The position numbers were made by a program, and so were the translations under genes. DNA of 64,000 nt from Lama guanicoe (Eukaryota). The stretch lies in NCBI GenBank assembly GCA_013239625.1, contig MU054338.1, forward strand, positions 4,303,371-4,367,370. Reading direction: 5' to 3'. A model generated the notes under the pieces. The model saw only the letters and a list, made by a program, of their open reading frames with translations, was not told the DNA's origin and did no database searches. Positions 50,578 to 63,821 of this stretch are shown one piece after another (position 1 is the stretch's first letter; each line of letters starts with the position of its first letter).

Positions 50578-52249
50578 TAACGACAAAAAACTTAAAAGGC
50601 ATGGTTACACATCTGTAATTGATAAAGAAACTTATTTGTAATTACTAGAATCATGACTGATTATATTTAACTTAACATATTAAATAATCCTAGTTAACTT
50701 AATATCTAAGATGTCTCAGGTTTTGTTTTTTTTAAGCATCTCAAAGCTGGCTGGAGCTACAAAGAACTTTTAGAATTTGTTAAATATTTAAAATCCTGAT
50801 TATGCATGAAATTAAAAAAATTTTTTTTAATGAAACTCTTTTACTGAAAACATGCATACTTGCCCACTGCATACGGAAATACTTGTTTTAGGAGCTTTAA
50901 TTACATATTATAATTTTAACCCTTAAAAGGCTTAATTCCCTGGCAAAAACCAAGAAGCAAGCAACTGAATTGGCTGTCATGTCACTGCTTCCCGACTGGA
51001 AACATGTTTTAGTTTTTTTCACCAAAGCAAAGGTAGATAAACGTAGACCTGCCCAGCAATTGTGTTTTAATATTTTATACATAACCCAGATAGTGACATT
51101 TTTAACTTAGTTTTAAGTACCAAAATTTGAGGAGACAGTTTTAGATAGATATTTCGAAAACGAAACTATAGTTTACCCAAAATCTCTTATTTTGTTACTT
51201 TTTTGAAAGGTTTTCTTTTACATTGAGTTACTTTTCTTGTTGACAAATTTGTAGCAGATACAATAGTCTTACTTGACCTCTAGTAAGTCTTACACAACAA
51301 AGGGATATACTTAACATTGATGTTTCTAAAGACATGTTTATATTAATTAAACCAACAAGCTTAAGCTAGCCTCAATACCAACACCAGTACTGAAGCCTTT
51401 TTATATTACATGAATCTGAAATTTATTTTGGCCAGTTATCTCTATGTTTGAGTATTTATATAAGCACTTAATTTTCTCAATCCAATTAAAGAGCTCTTTT
51501 ACCATTTAATTTTGCCAACACCATACACCTATGACATACAAGCCAGACACCTTATAGTTTTATTTTAAAATTTTAGTCATGAATCAGATAGAACAAAGTA
51601 AAACCCATTGGCTACAAAAAAGGTTGGATTTCAACTGGGTTTTTGGCAGACAGAACAAATCAAAGTTGGCCATCTAGAAGGCTAAGCCTTTTTACTAATA
51701 TCTATGAGAAAGAGACAAAAGTTTTACTTGTTCTTAGCAAATTAAGTTCCAAATTATTTATCCCCTACCCCTTTTTTTGAGATTTGTATTTTAAAAAGCT
51801 AGTGAGGTCAGAGTTCCCGAAGAAGACAAGGTGGAATATTTGTATCTCAGAGGCAGAGGAAGGCAAGTTTCTCCTACAAAGACTTTGCTTCTTTAAGGCC
51901 AGTTAAAAAAAAAAAAAAAACTCTTAAAAAAATACTTGTCTCAAGATAAATCCGTAGAGGAAATTTTGGGAGTGGCGGAAGAATTGGTGGGTTTTGCATC
52001 ATTTTGGGATCCACGCCCCTAGTCCTGTAAAGGCTAGATTTATAAAACAAAGGAAGTTTTGTTTTTCTCATTTAGCTTAAGGGAGGCTTCCCCCCTACAT
52101 TTTTTATCAGGCTCCGAATATCAGCTATGGTCAGCTTAGTCCAAACACTGGTCTCCCATTTGGCCATCAATTTGCGAACATTTTTGAGGAGCCTTCCTGG
52201 GTTTGAGAAGTTTTCTCATTAAGGCTCTTGGTTCGGCCTTTGATCTGAA

Positions 52250-53680
52250 GAGACTTGCCTGCAGCCTCATGTGGTCCCATTTCTAAAGATAACCTGACAG
52301 TAGTAGCTGTCATGGACTCAGTTTCCCGGACAGCAGGGTTCACTCGAGAAACAACACGGGCTGGAAGGGAGACCTCTTCTGGTTTAGCCTTGAGGTGGGC
52401 CCCCAAGGCCAAGAGCAGGCGTTTCTCTTGGTGGATGCCTTCTCATGAGCGTCTCCAGATTGCACTGCTGTCTGGAATTTAGTGAGTAAATCCCTTCTCA
52501 ACAAGGGGACGGGCCACTCATGCATGAGCAGAAACTGATGTGCAAAGGTAAAAATTTCTAGCAGGCAGCTAAGGTAGGGGGGGAAGTCGCTTGGTTTGGG
52601 GCTTTCCGTCGATCCCCGTTACTTCGCAGGATGGGGAGGACAAGGGTCCAGGGAAACCAGCCCGCACAGAGCAGGCGGCTCCCGCATCTAGTAAGAAGAC
52701 AACTTTCCACCTGCCACACCAAGGGTTCCCCAAGGCTCCTCCGGAAAAATGAGCCGGTGTCCTGCGGGAGCCAGGGAGGGTCCCAGGCCCCGTTAGTCTT
52801 CAGTCATCTCAGCCATCACAGATTTGGGAGCCCCAAGCTCCCTTTGGGACTGGGGGCAGTCCCGCTTCCAGTGGCCTTTTTGTTTGGACATGGGACAGGA
52901 TCCCGACGGGCTTTCCCCATACATGGGGCATTCGTTTTCCCAGTGGCCCTCCTGGCTGCACTTCAAACAGGTCCCTTTTTGGTGAGACAGTGGCTTTGAT
53001 CCAGGCATCCTGGATCCTGTCCTCGCCGTGGGTCTTTGCGGAGGGTAACCCTGAGGTGGTGCAGGGATTAAGGCTGCCGCTAAGAATTGTGCCTTTCGCT
53101 GTTGTCCCTGAATCCTTCCTGGCTCTACAGCCCTCTCTCTATTGTTAAATACTTTAAACGCCAGATCCATGAGCTGATTCATGGGGATCTGGGGTCCCTG
53201 GCTGCCCAGAGGGGCCTTAGGGGTAGATGATTGGGAAGACTGTCCCCTCTCAGAGTCGAGGGAGGTCAAATTCCTGGCTGTGGCCCTTGGGGAGGTGGAC
53301 CCATAAAGAATCACCTAAAATATGGAGCTCCTGTTGGGGGAGACGCTTTGAAGGGCACGCAAGCCAGGCACACCTGGCAGGAGTTCCCTACAGCTGGGTC
53401 TTGGGATGGGGTCGGGAACACTTGGACATATGGGACTCCCCCCCCCACCCCCTACCTCCTCTCTTACAAAACAGGTCTGGCTGTGAGATGGTATTGTAAT
53501 TTAATGACCCGTTCTTCGGTCAGACCTCTTGGTCCCCTAGTTTGTATAGGGGCCATGCAGTATTGCAAAGGAAAATTAACTCCTTTTCCCTCAAACTATC
53601 CTGTTTAAACTTTCCCCAGTTTATTAATCTGCATCCCAGTGGGGAGTCCTTTGGGTACCTGTGGGTGTCCCCGTCTTGGT
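52250..53680 (-). pseudogene. ERV gag-pro-(start of pol) remnants
   Basis: MA-like DSPLGC..NW and LIFLCNTAWPLYKL; LAFKVFNNRE; zinc knuckle CLKCSQEGHWENEC plus a degenerate second knuckle; protease LLDAGA and PVPLLRRDLL; VNPAV at the RT start; broken by frameshifts and deletions. Confidence 0.8.
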
Positions 53681-54057
53681 TAGGATGTCCTGTCTGGGAG
53701 CCGGAGGTGCTCCTTTGGACTAGTTAAGGAAAGGAGCAAGGGCCAGCAGGAGAAAATGTGACTAGAGCCCCAGGGTCTCACTCTTTTAGAGGGAAGGAGG
53801 GGACCTAGGTCCCAAGTCAGCTAAGCGTTTACTTTTTGTGAAAGAAAAAATTGTGTGGAAAGGTGGAAATCTAGAATGAAAAGGGAATGTTACAGCCACA
53901 GTGCTTCCTAGACCAGAGATCCCTTAGCCCACTAAGGGGGTTCCTACCTGCAACCCCCACTCAGGGTTATAAGGAAACCGCGACCCCAGGAGGGGTCAAA
54001 AATCTGCGACCCGTGAAGGGAGTGCCCGCCCGTGACTCCCATTCAGGGATACTAAAA

Positions 54058-54169
54058 CCTGCGACCCCACCGAGGGGTGCTTAGACCTGCGACCCCACCA
54101 AGGGGTGCGAAGACCTGCGACCCCACCAAAGGGTGCTTAGACCTGCGACCTCACGGAGGGGTGCCAAAA
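54058..54169. repeat. 4 x 28-bp tandem repeat in the ERV leader
   Basis: Unit cctgcgaccccaccgaggggtgcttaga; degenerate copies from ~53945. Confidence 0.9.
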
Positions 54170-54701
54170 ACTGCGATCAGGAAGGGGAGTGCCTGCACGG
54201 ACTCCTGCCTGTGGATACAATGAGGGAGGGCTGAGATGCAAAATTTTAAAGGGGAACTCCCAGAGTCCTCTACTTTGTGCCCCCTTTCGCAGTTCTGGCA
54301 TCCTGGAACCAGACCAAGACCGTGCAGAGAAGAGGAGTTGGGCTCAAGGAACCACGGAGGGGAACCTCACCCGGTCAGGCTGCCATTTACTCCCCTTGGG
54401 GTCTTAGTCTGGATGTCCAAGTGGTCTCCTGGGTGGGTCTTCTCGAGTCCAAAGAGACAGAGCAATAGAGGAAAGAATGAGAAAAAATCAAGGGGCGAAC
54501 AGCCTTGGGCTCAGGGGGCTCCTTCATGGCTTGAGGGCTGGTGTCTGCCAGATCGTGCGGGCAGCGTCCGGCGCCACCTAAGGGCTACTTGAACTTGCAC
54601 AGGGTGGCGGAAATCCCCTGCCACCCTCTGAAGAGAGGGGAGCTGTAGCCCAGGAGACGCACTGAGATTGTGCCCTTTGAGCCCCGTTTCTTTATGTAAA
54701 T

Positions 54702-54719
54702 GCCCCACATTGCTAGCCA
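54702..54719 (-). other. Degenerate primer-binding site, closest to tRNA-Lys1,2
   Basis: TGGCTAGCAATGTGGGGC versus TGGCGCCCAACGTGGGGC (14/18), 6 nt after the 5' LTR. Confidence 0.55.
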
Positions 54720-54725
54720 AAGATA

Positions 54726-55365
54726 TGACGCAGGAAAACGGATGTGGGGCGTGGGGAGGGCTGTGTCCCAGGCTTCAGTTGAGCCCCTGGGAAGTGCCCC
54801 ACCAAGTGTGGGTCCTTGGCTTCGTGCAGGAAAGATTTCAAGAGTGAGCCACAGTTGAGTAAAGGTAGATTTATTTAGAGAGATGCATCAAAGGGCAAGA
54901 GAAAGGCCACAAGGTGTGGGGTTGGGTGCTCAGATTAGAGTGAAAGTATGTACACACTCCATAGACAGAGTGCGGGCCGTCTCTGAAGAGGGAGAGAGAG
55001 AGGGAGGGCGGCCGAGAGGCACCGTGTTGCCTGTTTTTATGGGCTCAGTGGCTTCATATGCTAATAAGTGGAAGGACCAGTCTAACTAGCCTGGGGAAGG
55101 AGCTGAGATTCCCAGGAAGCTGGCCATTTCCCACTCTTTGACCTTTTATTGCTAGTTGGGATTGCCATGGCGCCTGTGGGCATGTTATTTACCATGGAAA
55201 TATATTACAACGGACGTATAATGAAGCTCAAGTTCTACTAGAAGTCAAATTCCACCCCCCCAATCTTGAGCCTCGAGGCCTACTGGGGGTTGACTCTCCC
55301 ACCATTTTGATGTTAATTGCTGTAGCATTCCTTGAATGGCTGTGCTCCGCCCTCTTCCTGTCTCA
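54726..55365 (-). mobile_element. ERV 5' LTR
   Basis: TG...CA ends; homologous to 48530-49630. Confidence 0.88.
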
Positions 55366-55882
55366 AAAGTGTAGGTCCTTACCACTGACAGTGAAAGAAT
55401 TTGCATGGGAGAGGCAGGTGGAGGGCTAGGGGATGAAGCAAACAGCCCCTTCGTTGCTCAGAAAGGGAAAAGGAAGGCAAGCACTTGAGCGGAGAGCCGT
55501 CAGCCATGATGGTCAGCGAGGCAGATCCGTTCCAGGGTGAGTCTTGTGGATTTTTATGAGAAGCTTCTGCCATCATGTCCTCTTTCCGGGTGTGATGAAA
55601 CCTATCAGTCCTTGTATGGGCTTTTCTGGTTGTCGTCATCGCAACTGTCAACTGTCCCGGCGCTGGTGGGGGTGTCATTAGGGGCTAATGCATTACAGTG
55701 CGTGTATGAGGAGGCTCAAGGTCCACCGGAGGTCAAATCCTCCACCATCTTGGGCTCCGTTGGTTCTAACCAGTTCTTGTTTCTTCTCATTGCAACTGCC
55801 TCCTGAGACTTAGATGAGATTAATTGGTTTTTGGTCGAGGGAGGGGCAGGGGTATGATCCTGGGGGCGACAGCCTTGGTAAC
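55366..55882. mobile_element. Older solo LTR (other part at 48486-48529) into which the provirus inserted; relative at ~18190-18511
   Basis: TGTTA...GCCTTGGTAACA ends; the 3' half matches 18190-18511. Confidence 0.6.
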
Positions 55883-57654
55883 AAAAAGGAAAGTTGCTTT
55901 TAATCAGAATGCCTACAGTCTTGTGGACCCAGCATCTCCCCCACTCCCCTGAAAAAAAAAAAATCTCCAAACATACTGTTCAACAATGAAAGTTTTAAAG
56001 GGAAACGCAGGAGTAATCTCAGTTAATCATTGAGATAGGTGGTCAGAGTCGTCGCCATCCCCCATTGCCTGCAAGCTTGTCTTAATCAACTGCTTGAGCC
56101 TGTTCTTCTGTGACTCAGGGAGGCCTGGAGACTTCAGCTTTTCTATAAATAACAGGCAGGGGTTGGGGGAGCCCACAAGGTCGTGCTCAGTGTCAGGGAG
56201 GCAGCCTCCTTTCTTCCTATGGCTCTTTTAAATGGCACATTCTGGTTTCAAACTTCTGAGCCTGTTTCAAAGTTTTAAGTCTTTTTTTTCTTCTTCTTTC
56301 CCATAAGAGCACTTAGAAAATCTGGACAACATATGTAAAAGGGGAAGATGAAGAACCAGGATGCGGAGTGAAGTTCAGAGGTCTGCCACTGCTCTCCCTG
56401 CAGGGGCAATCAACAAGCTGCAAAGGACGACTCGGAGCCAAGGACCCAAGCAGAGTTTTCAACATATGCAGTGAGCTGGAGGGTCCCAGGGGAGCACTCG
56501 AGACATTTGGTAGAGTGAGTAAAAACTGAAAATAGACTGGTTCCCACAGAGACTCATGCTTAAGGTCAGATCAATCTCTGAGTAAATTAGAGAGATCTGA
56601 GGGGGCTAGTGGCTCCAGCCCAGCGGCTGAGAAGAAAGAAAAGATGATCCTTTCCGGAGACGGACAATCAGATCTCCCAGGGCCTCACATTTTCTCTAAT
56701 TTTTTTTTTATATGCAATGTTTGGTGTTCAATCAGATTCCAAGAAGGCAAAACAGCGACTGAAAAGCACAAGCCAGTCGATAGCATCCGAGCAGTCGGAA
56801 TGCGCTGGGGAGAGCTGAGCTGCCGGGTGTCGAAGGGGCCCATTAACATGGCTCAAAACGAAAGCTACCGTCAAGTTCTGAATTACGTAATGTGATATAA
56901 AAACAGGTCAAGGAGCAGCCAACACTGACCTCTCCCGTTCTAATTTCCCCAGCGACCGTAAGCTGGTTGAGAGTCATCTGGAATAGCACAGATGTGGGGT
57001 TCATCTCACAGCTGGGGAACCCTAAACAAAAGGTTTGTCCCTTTTATGGGCCCAGGATCTGGGGGAGGGAGGAGGGAAGGAACAGAAGTGGTGAAGTACA
57101 ATTATTGAGCCAGAGCGGAGAAGTGTCTTCAAGATTTCCCCGACTCCCTGATACATGGATGACCCCATGCTTACCAGGAGTCACTGTCAAGCCTCATTAC
57201 AAGGAGGTCACCAATGAAGGTCCCTGGACTAGGAGTGCAGCCGTGCATAAGAACGTGGTGGTCCAAGAGTCTCCTGACTGCAACACCCTTCAAAGCCTGC
57301 GATGCACTGGCTGTGCACCAGAGTCACTTCTACCCCCATACTTCTGTTCAGCTACGTTTCTTTGAAATCGGTCCACGCTGGTGTGGGTAGTTCTGATTCC
57401 TCCTTCTGCGTGCTGTGTAGGTGTAGATCCCTTCACGTTCTTGTTGCTTTGGTTTCCTTCCAAGTTTCGTGCGAACCAAGGATAACCGAATCACTGCATC
57501 TTGAGTAGAGGCACGTGCATTCCCTGAATAGCTAGTCTGATAAAGAATCTTTGCATGCGAACAATCATTGGCTGCTTCCGAAACCAGTGTTCCAGCGTAA
57601 GGAGGTGCCCAAAAGTATGTGAATTATATATCAGTAAAACCATTAAGAAAGAGA

Positions 57655-60600
57655 GGAAGAAATCATTGCCAAATCCAATGCCAATCTTTTCCTTCCTGTT
57701 TTCTTCTAAGAGTTTCATAGTTTTAACTCTTAAGTTTAGGCCTGTGATCCTTTTTGAGTTAATTTTTGGATATGCTGTAAGTTAAGGGTCCAAATTCATT
57801 CTTTTGCACGTGGATACTCAGTTTCTTCAGTGCCGTTGGTTGAAATGGCTGTCGTTTCTCCACTGAATGGCACCTTTGTCTAAAATGATTGATCATGCAA
57901 GTGGGAGTTCATTTCTCGGTCTATAGGTCTATTCTTCTGCCAGTACCACACTGCTTTACTTCCTGTCGCTTTGCGGTAAGTTTGGAAATCAGAACTTGTG
58001 ACTCCTCCAACTTTGTTCTTTTTCAAGATAGTTTTGGCAACTTGGGGTCCCTTGAGATTCCATATGAACTCCAAGTTTCTATGTCTGCAAAAATCGCCAC
58101 TGGAATTGTGATAGGCATTGCATTGAATACATAGATCTTTGGGTAGTATTGTCACCTTATCAATTTAAAATCTTCCACCCATGAACATGGGATGTCTTTC
58201 CATTTATTTAGGTCCTCTTTAATTTCTTTCAGTAGTGTTCTGTAGTTTTCAGTTTTCTTCTCCTTGATTAGATTTATTCCTAAATGTTTAATTCCTTTTT
58301 TTATATACTACTGTAAATGGAATTGATTTTTAAATTTCCTTTTTGGAGTGTACATTGCTAATGTGCAGAAATACAACCGATTTTTACATGTTGGTTTTGT
58401 ATCCTGCAATTTTGCTGAATTGATTTATTAGCTCTAACATTTTGGGGGGTGGATTTTTAAGGTGTTTCTAGATATAAAATCATGTGTCCTGTAAATGGAG
58501 ATAATTTTACTTCCTTTTCAATTTGGATGGCTTTTACTTCATTTTCTTGCTTTATTGCTGTTGAATAGAATTGACAAAGTAGGCATCCTTGTCTTATTCC
58601 TGATCTTACAGGAAAAGCTTTCAGTCTTTCACTAAGTATGATATTAGCTGTGAGTTTTTCATATATAGCCTTTATTATGTTAAGAATGTTCTCTTGTATT
58701 CCTTGTTTATTGAGTATTTTTGTCATGAAAGGGTGTTGGATATCATCAAAAGATTTTTCTGCATCAATTGGGATTATAATATGTTTATTTCCCTTCATTT
58801 TATTAATGTGATGTGTTACACTGGTTGATTTCTGTATGTTGCACCATCCTTCCATTCTGGAAATAAATCCCTCTTGGTCATAGCGTATAATCCTTTTAAT
58901 ATACTGCTAAGTTTGGTTTGCTTGTATTTTGTTTCAGATTTTTACATCTTTATTCCATAATAGATATTGGTCTGTAGTTTTCTTTTCTTAGGGTGCTGTT
59001 GTCTGCTTTTGGTGGCAAGGTAAGGCTGTCTTCAGAATGAGTTAGGAAGTGTTTCCTCTTATTCAATTCTTTTGTGGAAGAGTTTGGGAGAGATTGGTGT
59101 TAATTCTTCATTAGATGTTTGGTAGAATTCATCATTGAAACCATTTTGTCCTGGGCTTTTCTTTGTTGGGAAGATTTGATTAGTGGTTAAATCGCCTTAC
59201 TCACTATAGGTCTATTCAGATTTCTATTTCATCTTGAGTCAGTTTTGGTAGATTATGTATTTCTAAGCATCTGTCCATTTCATCTAGGTTATCTAACTTG
59301 TTGGCATAAAACTCTTCATAGTATTTGCTCATAATCTTTTTTATTTTTGTAAAATCAATAGTAGTATCCCCAAATAGTTTCTTATTTTGGTAACTTGAGT
59401 TCTCTTCTTGCTATACTGAGTTTACCAATATATAATGCTCTTCTTTGTGTCTTGCAATTTTTTGATTTAAAGTCTATTTTGTTTAAAAATAGTATAGCCT
59501 CCCTAGTTCTCCTTTGGTACTATTTGGATAAAGTATCTTTTTCATTCCTTTTGCTTTCAACCTCTGTGTGTCTTTGAAGCTAAAGTGAGTCTCTTGTAGA
59601 CAGATGGTCCATGTTTTTTATCCAATATCCCAACCTCTGTCTTTTAGGATAGTTTAATCTATTTACTTTAAGAAAAATGGTTGTATAGTCAGTTTACAAT
59701 GTTGTGTCAATTTCTAGTGGATAGCATACTGTTTCAGTCATACACATACATACATATATTCATTTTCATAATAGGTTACTGCAAGATATTGACTATATAG
59801 AGAAGAAACTTGTTGCTTATCTATTTTACACACTGTAGTAGTATCTGCAAATCTCAGACTTCCAATTTATCCCTTCCCACCCCCTTTCCCCCAGTAATTG
59901 TAAGTTTGTTTTCTTTGTCTGTGAGTCTGTTTCTGTTTTGTAAATAAGTTCATTTGTGACTTTTTAAAAAATCCATTTATTTTTAAAGCAATTATTGATA
60001 CAGAAAAATTTCCTTCTGCAATTTGGCTATTTGTTTTCTGTAGGTTTATATGTTTTATTCCTTGATTTCTTCATTACTGTCTATTTCATTGACTTTTTGT
60101 AGTGTACCATTTTGATTGCCCTTTTCCCTCTTTCTTTCTTTCCTTTTCTTAAAAAAAAACTATCTTAGTTGTTATCCTGGGAATTAAAATTAATATCTAA
60201 ACATAAAAACCTAGTTCTGATGATACTAACTTGTTTTCAATAGTATACAAATATGTTGCTCCTCTACATCTCTGTCATCCCCCTTTCTATTGTATTGTGA
60301 CAGGCTGCATTTATACACATTGTATTCCATCTAATGTAGATTTATGATTATTATTTTCTGTATTTGTCTTTTAAATAAAATAGCAAAAAGGAGGAGTTGC
60401 AAACCAAAATTATAACACTAGCTTTTACATTTACCTACGTAGTTGCCCTTACTGGTGATTATTTCTTATGGCTTCCAGTTCCTGTCTAGTGTCCTTTCCT
60501 TCAGCCTGAAGAACTTCTTATTGCATTTCTCTTAGGGCAGGTCTTCTCATAGTGAATTCTCTCAGCTGCTGTTTATCTGGAAATATCTTAATTTCTCCTT

Positions 60601-61310
60601 CCTTTCTGAAGGCTAGTTTTGCTGGGTAAAGAATTCTTAGTTGGAAGATTTTTTTTCTTTCAGCTGTTAATCTTTTTGAGGCTGCCTTGTACATGATAAA
60701 TTGCTTCTCTCTTGCTGTTTTCAAAAGTCTGTCTTTGTTTTTCAGCAGTTTGACTATAATGTGTCTCAGTGGGGCTCTCTTTGAATCTTTCTTGCTTGGA
60801 GTTTGTTGAACTTCTTGGTACTGTGTATTCATGTATTTAATCAGATTTGGGACATTTTTGGCCATTATTTCCCCCAATTGTTTTTCAAGCTCCTTTCTCT
60901 CTTCTTGTGGGACTATGTGCATGATGTATACGTTGCTATGCTTTATGCTTAGACCTGCTAATTTCAGTTGCCTTGTCTTCGAGATTGCTGCTCCTTTCTT
61001 CCACCTGTCCAAATCTGTTGCTGAGCCCTTCTGCTAAAATGTTCATTTCAATTTGTACTTTTCAGTTTCAGAGTTTTTCTTGGTTCATTTTTATAATTTC
61101 TATCATTTTATTGATATTCTTATTTTGTTTATATACCATTTTCCTGATTTCCTTTAGTTCTTTGTTTTCCTTTAGCTTACTAAGCATGTCTGAGACAGTC
61201 GATTTCTTGTCTCTGACCAGTAATTCCAGTGTGTGGGCTTCCATACGGAGACTTCTATTAATATCTTTTCTCCCTGTGAATAAACCATAGTTTCCTGCTT
61301 CTTTGTTTAA
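57655..61310 (-). mobile_element. Decayed, internally deleted L1 (ORF1 and ORF2 RT fragments)
   Basis: IDAEKSFDDIQHPFM and SGIRQGC (RT); RILYPAKLAFRKEGEIKIFPDKQQLREF (ORF1). Confidence 0.9.
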
Positions 61311-61597
61311 TTTGATTGCCTATAAAATTTGAAATTAGAAAATACATTACTTAATTACCCCCAAAATAAATCACAGTGGAAATCTGTCATTATTTTAACT
61401 GAATGATACTGGAATTGTAATATATCAGCTAATCTGTGTATAGATTCTTTTAGTCTTCTACATACACAATAATGTAATATGCAGATAATGACTTTTATTT
61501 CTTTCTTTTCAACCCTTTTGCTTTATTCTTTTGCCTTATTGTACTGGGTAGGAACTTCAGTGCAATATTGATAAGAATTAATGATAGCAATCCCAGA

Positions 61598-61702
61598 AGG
61601 GAGGGCATAGCTCACTGGTACAATGCATACTTACCATGCATGAGGCCCTGGCTTCAATCCCCAGTACCTCCACTAAAGTAAAATAAATAATAAACTTAAT
61701 TT
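61598..61702 (+). mobile_element. tRNA-derived SINE (Vic-1-like)
   Basis: Same SINE body and tail. Confidence 0.75.
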
Positions 61703-62117
61703 AATATATAAATTTATACAGCAAAGTCTCTAGGTATAAAGTCAAAACACAAAAATCAAGAGCACTTCTATGTATCAACAACAATTCTAGAAAAAGACAT
61801 TTGCCAACTATGCTGTTTGCAATAGCATCAAAAAACATCAAATACCTGTGGTTAAATCTCATGAAAGCAATGCAAGAATTCTACATGGAATAAACATAAA
61901 TACAAATAAATATAAAAAATTATTGAGAAGATTAAATAAAATCATAATAAATAGAAGGATATACCATGGTGATGGATCAGAAGACTTAAAATTGTGAAAA
62001 CATTAATTCTGCATCAACATCTATTGATCTACATCTATAGATTCAGTGTAATCCCAATCAATGTCTTAGTAGGGTGTGCGTGTGTGTGCGTGTGTGTGTG
62101 TTTGTGTATGTGTGTAT

Positions 62118-62895
62118 GTTGGTGGGAATACAAAACATTGCAGCTTCTGTGGAGAACGGCATAGAAGTTCTTCAAAAAACTAAAATAGAACTACTTTTTC
62201 ATCCAGAATCCTACTTCTGGATATAAACTTAAAATAGTTGAAGTCAGGATCTCAAAGAGAGAGCCTGCATTTCTCTGTTCATCGAAGCATTATTTACAAT
62301 AGCAAAGATATGGAAAAAACTTAAGTGTTCATCGATGAGTGAATGAATAAAGGAAATGTGATATTTACCTACAATATTGTTCAGCATGAAAGAAGAAGCA
62401 AATTCTGCCATTTGCTATAACATAGATGAACTTAGTGGTCACCATGGTACTTGAAATAAGCCAGACACAAAAGGGCATATATGATATGATATGATATGAT
62501 TCCACTTATAGGAGGGGTTTAGTAAGCAAATTTATAGAGACAGGATGTGGAAGGATGGGTGCCTGGAGCTGGAGGAGGGGGATGGGGAGCTGTTTAATAA
62601 ATAAAGAGTTTCAGTTATGGAAGATGAATAATTCCTAAGATATGCCATACAGAATAATGCGTATAGTTAAAAATACTGTGATGTATACTTAAACAATTTT
62701 TAAGTGGGTAGAGCTTATGTTAAATGTTCTTATCACAAGAAAATAAGAAGGAGGAAAATTTAGAGGTGGTGGCTACGTTTATAACATTGTTTGGGGGATG
62801 GTTTTAAGGGTGTTCACTGATCTTCAAACTCACGTAGATGTATACATTAAATATATACAGCTTTTTGCATGTCAATCATATCTCAATTAAAAAAT
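62118..62895 (+). mobile_element. L1 (L1MA-type) 3' end
   Basis: ORF2 C-terminus and 3'UTR motifs ending tctcaattaaaaa. Confidence 0.75.
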
Positions 62896-63618
62896 AAGTG
62901 TAGACTGTTTAGATAACTTGAAAAAGTGAATTTACAATCCTTTGTTACTGTTTGGCTCTTTGTGGTACTTGAGTTGGCTTTTGTTCATTTTGATTAGTAA
63001 GTTTTCTTTTTGAAACAGTATAAAAAGTAATTACTTTTTGGTTATACAGATGTCTTTATGTGAGATTATGCATGATTTTGCATTTTTTACACATTAAAAA
63101 ATATTTGACCAAAAATCTCACTTTGCTGTGTGGAGAATGTCCTGTAGGGGGCGAGAGTGGATACAGCAGACCATCTCTGAGGCTCGTAGGGATGAAAAAG
63201 ACTGAATAGCATGAGACTTTGATAGATTACATTTACAAATTAAAATGTCTAAGGAAATGTCCAAAAGAACAGGAATAGAATGCATAATTTCTGAGCTGAG
63301 TGGAAGAAAAACCACAATGAGAAAAATCCAAAACAAGGGAAGGAAGGAGAGAAAAAGAAATATAGAGAAGGAGGGATAATCAGAAAGCATGTAATAAATC
63401 CAAGTATATTATTAATTGAATTTAATTATTAACTGAAATTAATTATTAATTGAAATTAATGTAGTTGTTCTAAATCTACACTATTTGGCACAGTAGACAC
63501 AAGACATATCTCACAACTGAGTACTTGAAATGTGGATGGTCTGAATTGACATGTGCTGTTCGTGTGAAATGCACCCCAGAACCTGGAGACTTAGAATAAA
63601 AAGAATGAAAAATATCTT

Positions 63619-63749
63619 GAGTGGAAGGTATAGCTCAGTGGTAGAGATTAACATGCACAAGGTCCTGGGTTCAATTCCCAGTACCTCCATTAAAAATAAA
63701 TAAACCTAATTACATCTCCTCTAAACAAAATGAAACAAAACAACAAGAC
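63619..63749 (+). mobile_element. tRNA-derived SINE (Vic-1-like) within an old MER3/MER33-like DNA element
   Basis: Perfect 13-bp TSD tgaaaaatatctt at 63606-63618 and 63750-63762. Confidence 0.8.
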
Positions 63750-63821
63750 TGAAAAATATCTTATTAATAATTTTATATTGATTCTGTTTTGAAATGATAG
63801 CATTTTGGATACATTTTTTGC

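Larger units (their letters stand above)
48530..55365 (-). mobile_element. Defective class I (gamma-like) endogenous retrovirus with both LTRs
   Basis: Two homologous LTRs (54726-55365 and 48530-49630; tga(c/t)gcaggaaaa...ttcctgtctca); PBS next to the 5' LTR; PPT next to the 3' LTR; gag/pro remnants; near-TSD aaaa/aaag. Confidence 0.9.

Noticed and set aside
52090..52420. Possible env remnant in the ERV
   Set aside because: No CKS-17/ISD or CX6CC motif found; the sequence fits the pro-RT junction instead.
54058..54169. 28-bp repeats resembling a CRISPR array
   Set aside because: Head-to-tail units without unique spacers, in eukaryotic ERV context with no cas genes.
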